From an uncultured candidate division Zixibacteria bacterium (GTDB lineage: Bacteria > Zixibacteria > MSB-5A5 > UBA10806): 24,426 bases of DNA. The first letter of the stretch is position 1. Each line of letters begins with the position of its first letter. Shown here in pieces: positions 22,433 to 24,426 of this stretch. A model generated the notes under the pieces. That model saw only the letters and a list, made by a program, of their open reading frames with translations. It searched no databases and was not told where the DNA came from. The DNA lies in NCBI GenBank assembly GCA_963801605.1, contig CAWDFP010000001.1, positions 1 through 24,426 of the forward strand, given 5' to 3'. Position numbers and translations under genes: made by a program.

Positions 22433-24322
22433 TTACTTTACCAAGATCATTTTCTTGATATCAACATTTTTCCCAACGTTCATTCGATAGAAGTAGACAC
22501 CTGAAGCCTTATCGGAGGCGTTCCAGGTTATGACGTTATCGCCGGCTGGATATGAGCCCTTAATCCTCTCAACCATTTGACCGGTGATCGAGTAGATATT
22601 AATGACCACATCGGATGCCTTTGAAAGGGAGAATCGGATGTTGGTTTGCGCGTTGAATGGATTGGGGTAGTTTTGAGACAGAGTGAATGACTTGGGCATG
22701 ATCTCTTCTTCAATGCCCGCGGAACCGGCACTGGCGTTAACCTTGATCATGATGTTAACCGAGTCCCTATTGCGATCGGGAGCCAGACCACCAGTAAATT
22801 CCCAGCCTCTTTGGCTGAGCGGATTAGTTGGTGTCTGATCCATTCCGAACTCAAAGGTGCTTTGGGTTACATGAATTCCGACTACGTAAAACTTCTGGTT
22901 GGCCTGGAAATTCAAATTTTGTCCGACAAGACTTATCGTCTTCCATCCGGTGAAACCAGAATCGACGGAAACCGTGTCGCTAAAGAGGATATTGTTCAAA
23001 TCCGGTTGACCGCTTGGGTTATCCTGTAAGACCCAAACAATAGCATCGCCCGTAAGGCCGGAGGCGTTTACGTTAAAGCTGGCGCTGGTAAGTAGTACCG
23101 GTACAGGTGGCTGGAATTCATTTCCAAATCCGGAAAAATCGCCGTTCCAGGCACGTCCGTTATCTGCTATACCGTCATCATACTTTAATTCCTGGGGAAG
23201 AGTGAAACCGTAGAGTCCGGCAGTCTTGGTATTATTAGTGGTATTTCCATCATGCGGCATGCCGGATGTAATTGTAACCTTGTAGGTTTTGATACTGTCA
23301 GGAACAAAGTCAGGAGTAAATTGAGCCCAGGTTTGCTCCAGGGAACCCAAGGTACCGATAGTGTCTGTATGGTTATATACAGTGGCATTACCCGGTAATT
23401 TCCTGATGGTACAATTTGCAGTTAAGCTATCTTCGGTTTGAGTGCCGGTGTTCCGCATCAAGGCTCTGACTGTATAGGGGATGTTAAGAGAAACGAAGTC
23501 TCCGCCCGATCCATCATGTAAAACATCAACTACGCCAAAATCGCTGAAATTGAAACTGGGGTTCGCGAACAGCGTGGAATTTTATGGCCAGTCCGTTGTG
23601 CCAGAGGCGTGAGGTCGGCGCATTGCTTCGTAGATATTGAAGCCCGACTCTGCCTACTACGTTTTCAATGCCGATCAAATCCGATAAGTTTCCGTTCTCG
23701 GCGAAATTACCATGATTTTCGCCATACTGGAATGTGAGCGAGGAGTCGCGACCCGAAAGAATGACCTGGAATGTGTGAGTGGAATCGGTCAGGTTGATGC
23801 CGGGAGGGCTCCAGAACTGCGGGACATGAATCCAGGATACAATGAACGTATCAACGTTGTTGGAATAGTAGTAGCAGGAAGGATCACTGCTACGTTTGTA
23901 AAATCCAGATCTCCGACAAGAACCGCCAGAAGATCGTTCGGTGCGCCTGAAAACGGGATATTCGCGAAAGGATGCGCGAAGTTGTAGTTGGACGAGAAGG
24001 ACGCATAGCCGTTAGAACCGATCCAGATATGGTTAACCGGATACCAATAGTATTGGAAATTCCAGCCCAATTGGATCGGGCCGATGTTGTTATCATCGGC
24101 AAGCCCGATTACACGGGTACCAATAGTGGTAATATCAATCCAGTTATAGGGTGTGGGGCCGCCATTATCGTTATCGACCCACTGATACCCATAGCTATCG
24201 CGCGTGCTGGTATCGGCCGGAAGCAAAAACGGTGCTACAGCCTGCTCAAAGGCGGCCTGGCCCGCCATAGCTGCCTGAGTTCCGATCAACAACAACGCCA
24301 TCACCAATAAAAATCTTTTCAT
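22433..24322 (-). CDS. Uncharacterised secreted protein with Ig/CARDB-like region and C-terminal T9SS-type-A-like domain (frameshifted)
   Basis: AAGGAGG SD; signal [94 protein letters not shown]. Confidence 0.85.
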
Positions 24323-24426
24323 TCATTCCTCCTTAATGTTTATCGAAAAAGCCTATTACATCAATTATTCCTGTTAAGATCTCACCTCCTTCGTAAAAAA
24401 ATCGCCTTTGTAATTAACACAAATTT

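Noticed and set aside
343..24310. Numerous 60-135 aa antisense or alternate-frame ORFs
   Set aside because: They are shadows of recognisable genes, with no motifs or RBS of their own.
2953..24322. Pervasive frameshifts read as mass pseudogenisation or recoding
   Set aside because: They hit essential prfA and rpmE, often at homopolymer runs, while catalytic motifs stay intact. This is consistent with long-read indel error.
1..24426. CRISPR array, tRNA/rRNA, transposase or integrase
   Set aside because: No regularly spaced direct repeats, cloverleaf or rRNA motifs, or mobile-element proteins were found by eye.

Overview
Noisy bacterial sequence: indel frameshifts break almost every gene, including essential prfA, which points to long-read error. 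Four genes end in a 'NYPNPFN...K' C-terminal domain, which suggests an FCB-group organism, possibly Zixibacteria-like (inference). The minus strand carries, from the right end: a secreted CTD protein, an S8 protease-CTD, a YyaL-like thioredoxin-domain protein, an M6 metalloprotease-CTD, a cobalamin riboswitch leading into a BtuB-like TonB receptor and a BtuG/YncE-like propeller-CTD, then rpmE, DUF1385, prfA, a membrane protein, tldD and tldE/pmbA. A KimA-like APC permease lies on the plus strand. Bases 1-2962 are an inverted copy of 3062-6014. The junction has fold-back geometry, but the two arms differ mostly at synonymous codon positions, which random sequencing error does not explain. No CRISPR array, rRNA, tRNA or transposase was seen. 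The best candidate for new biology is the B12 locus with a non-lipidated, CTD-tagged BtuG-like protein.
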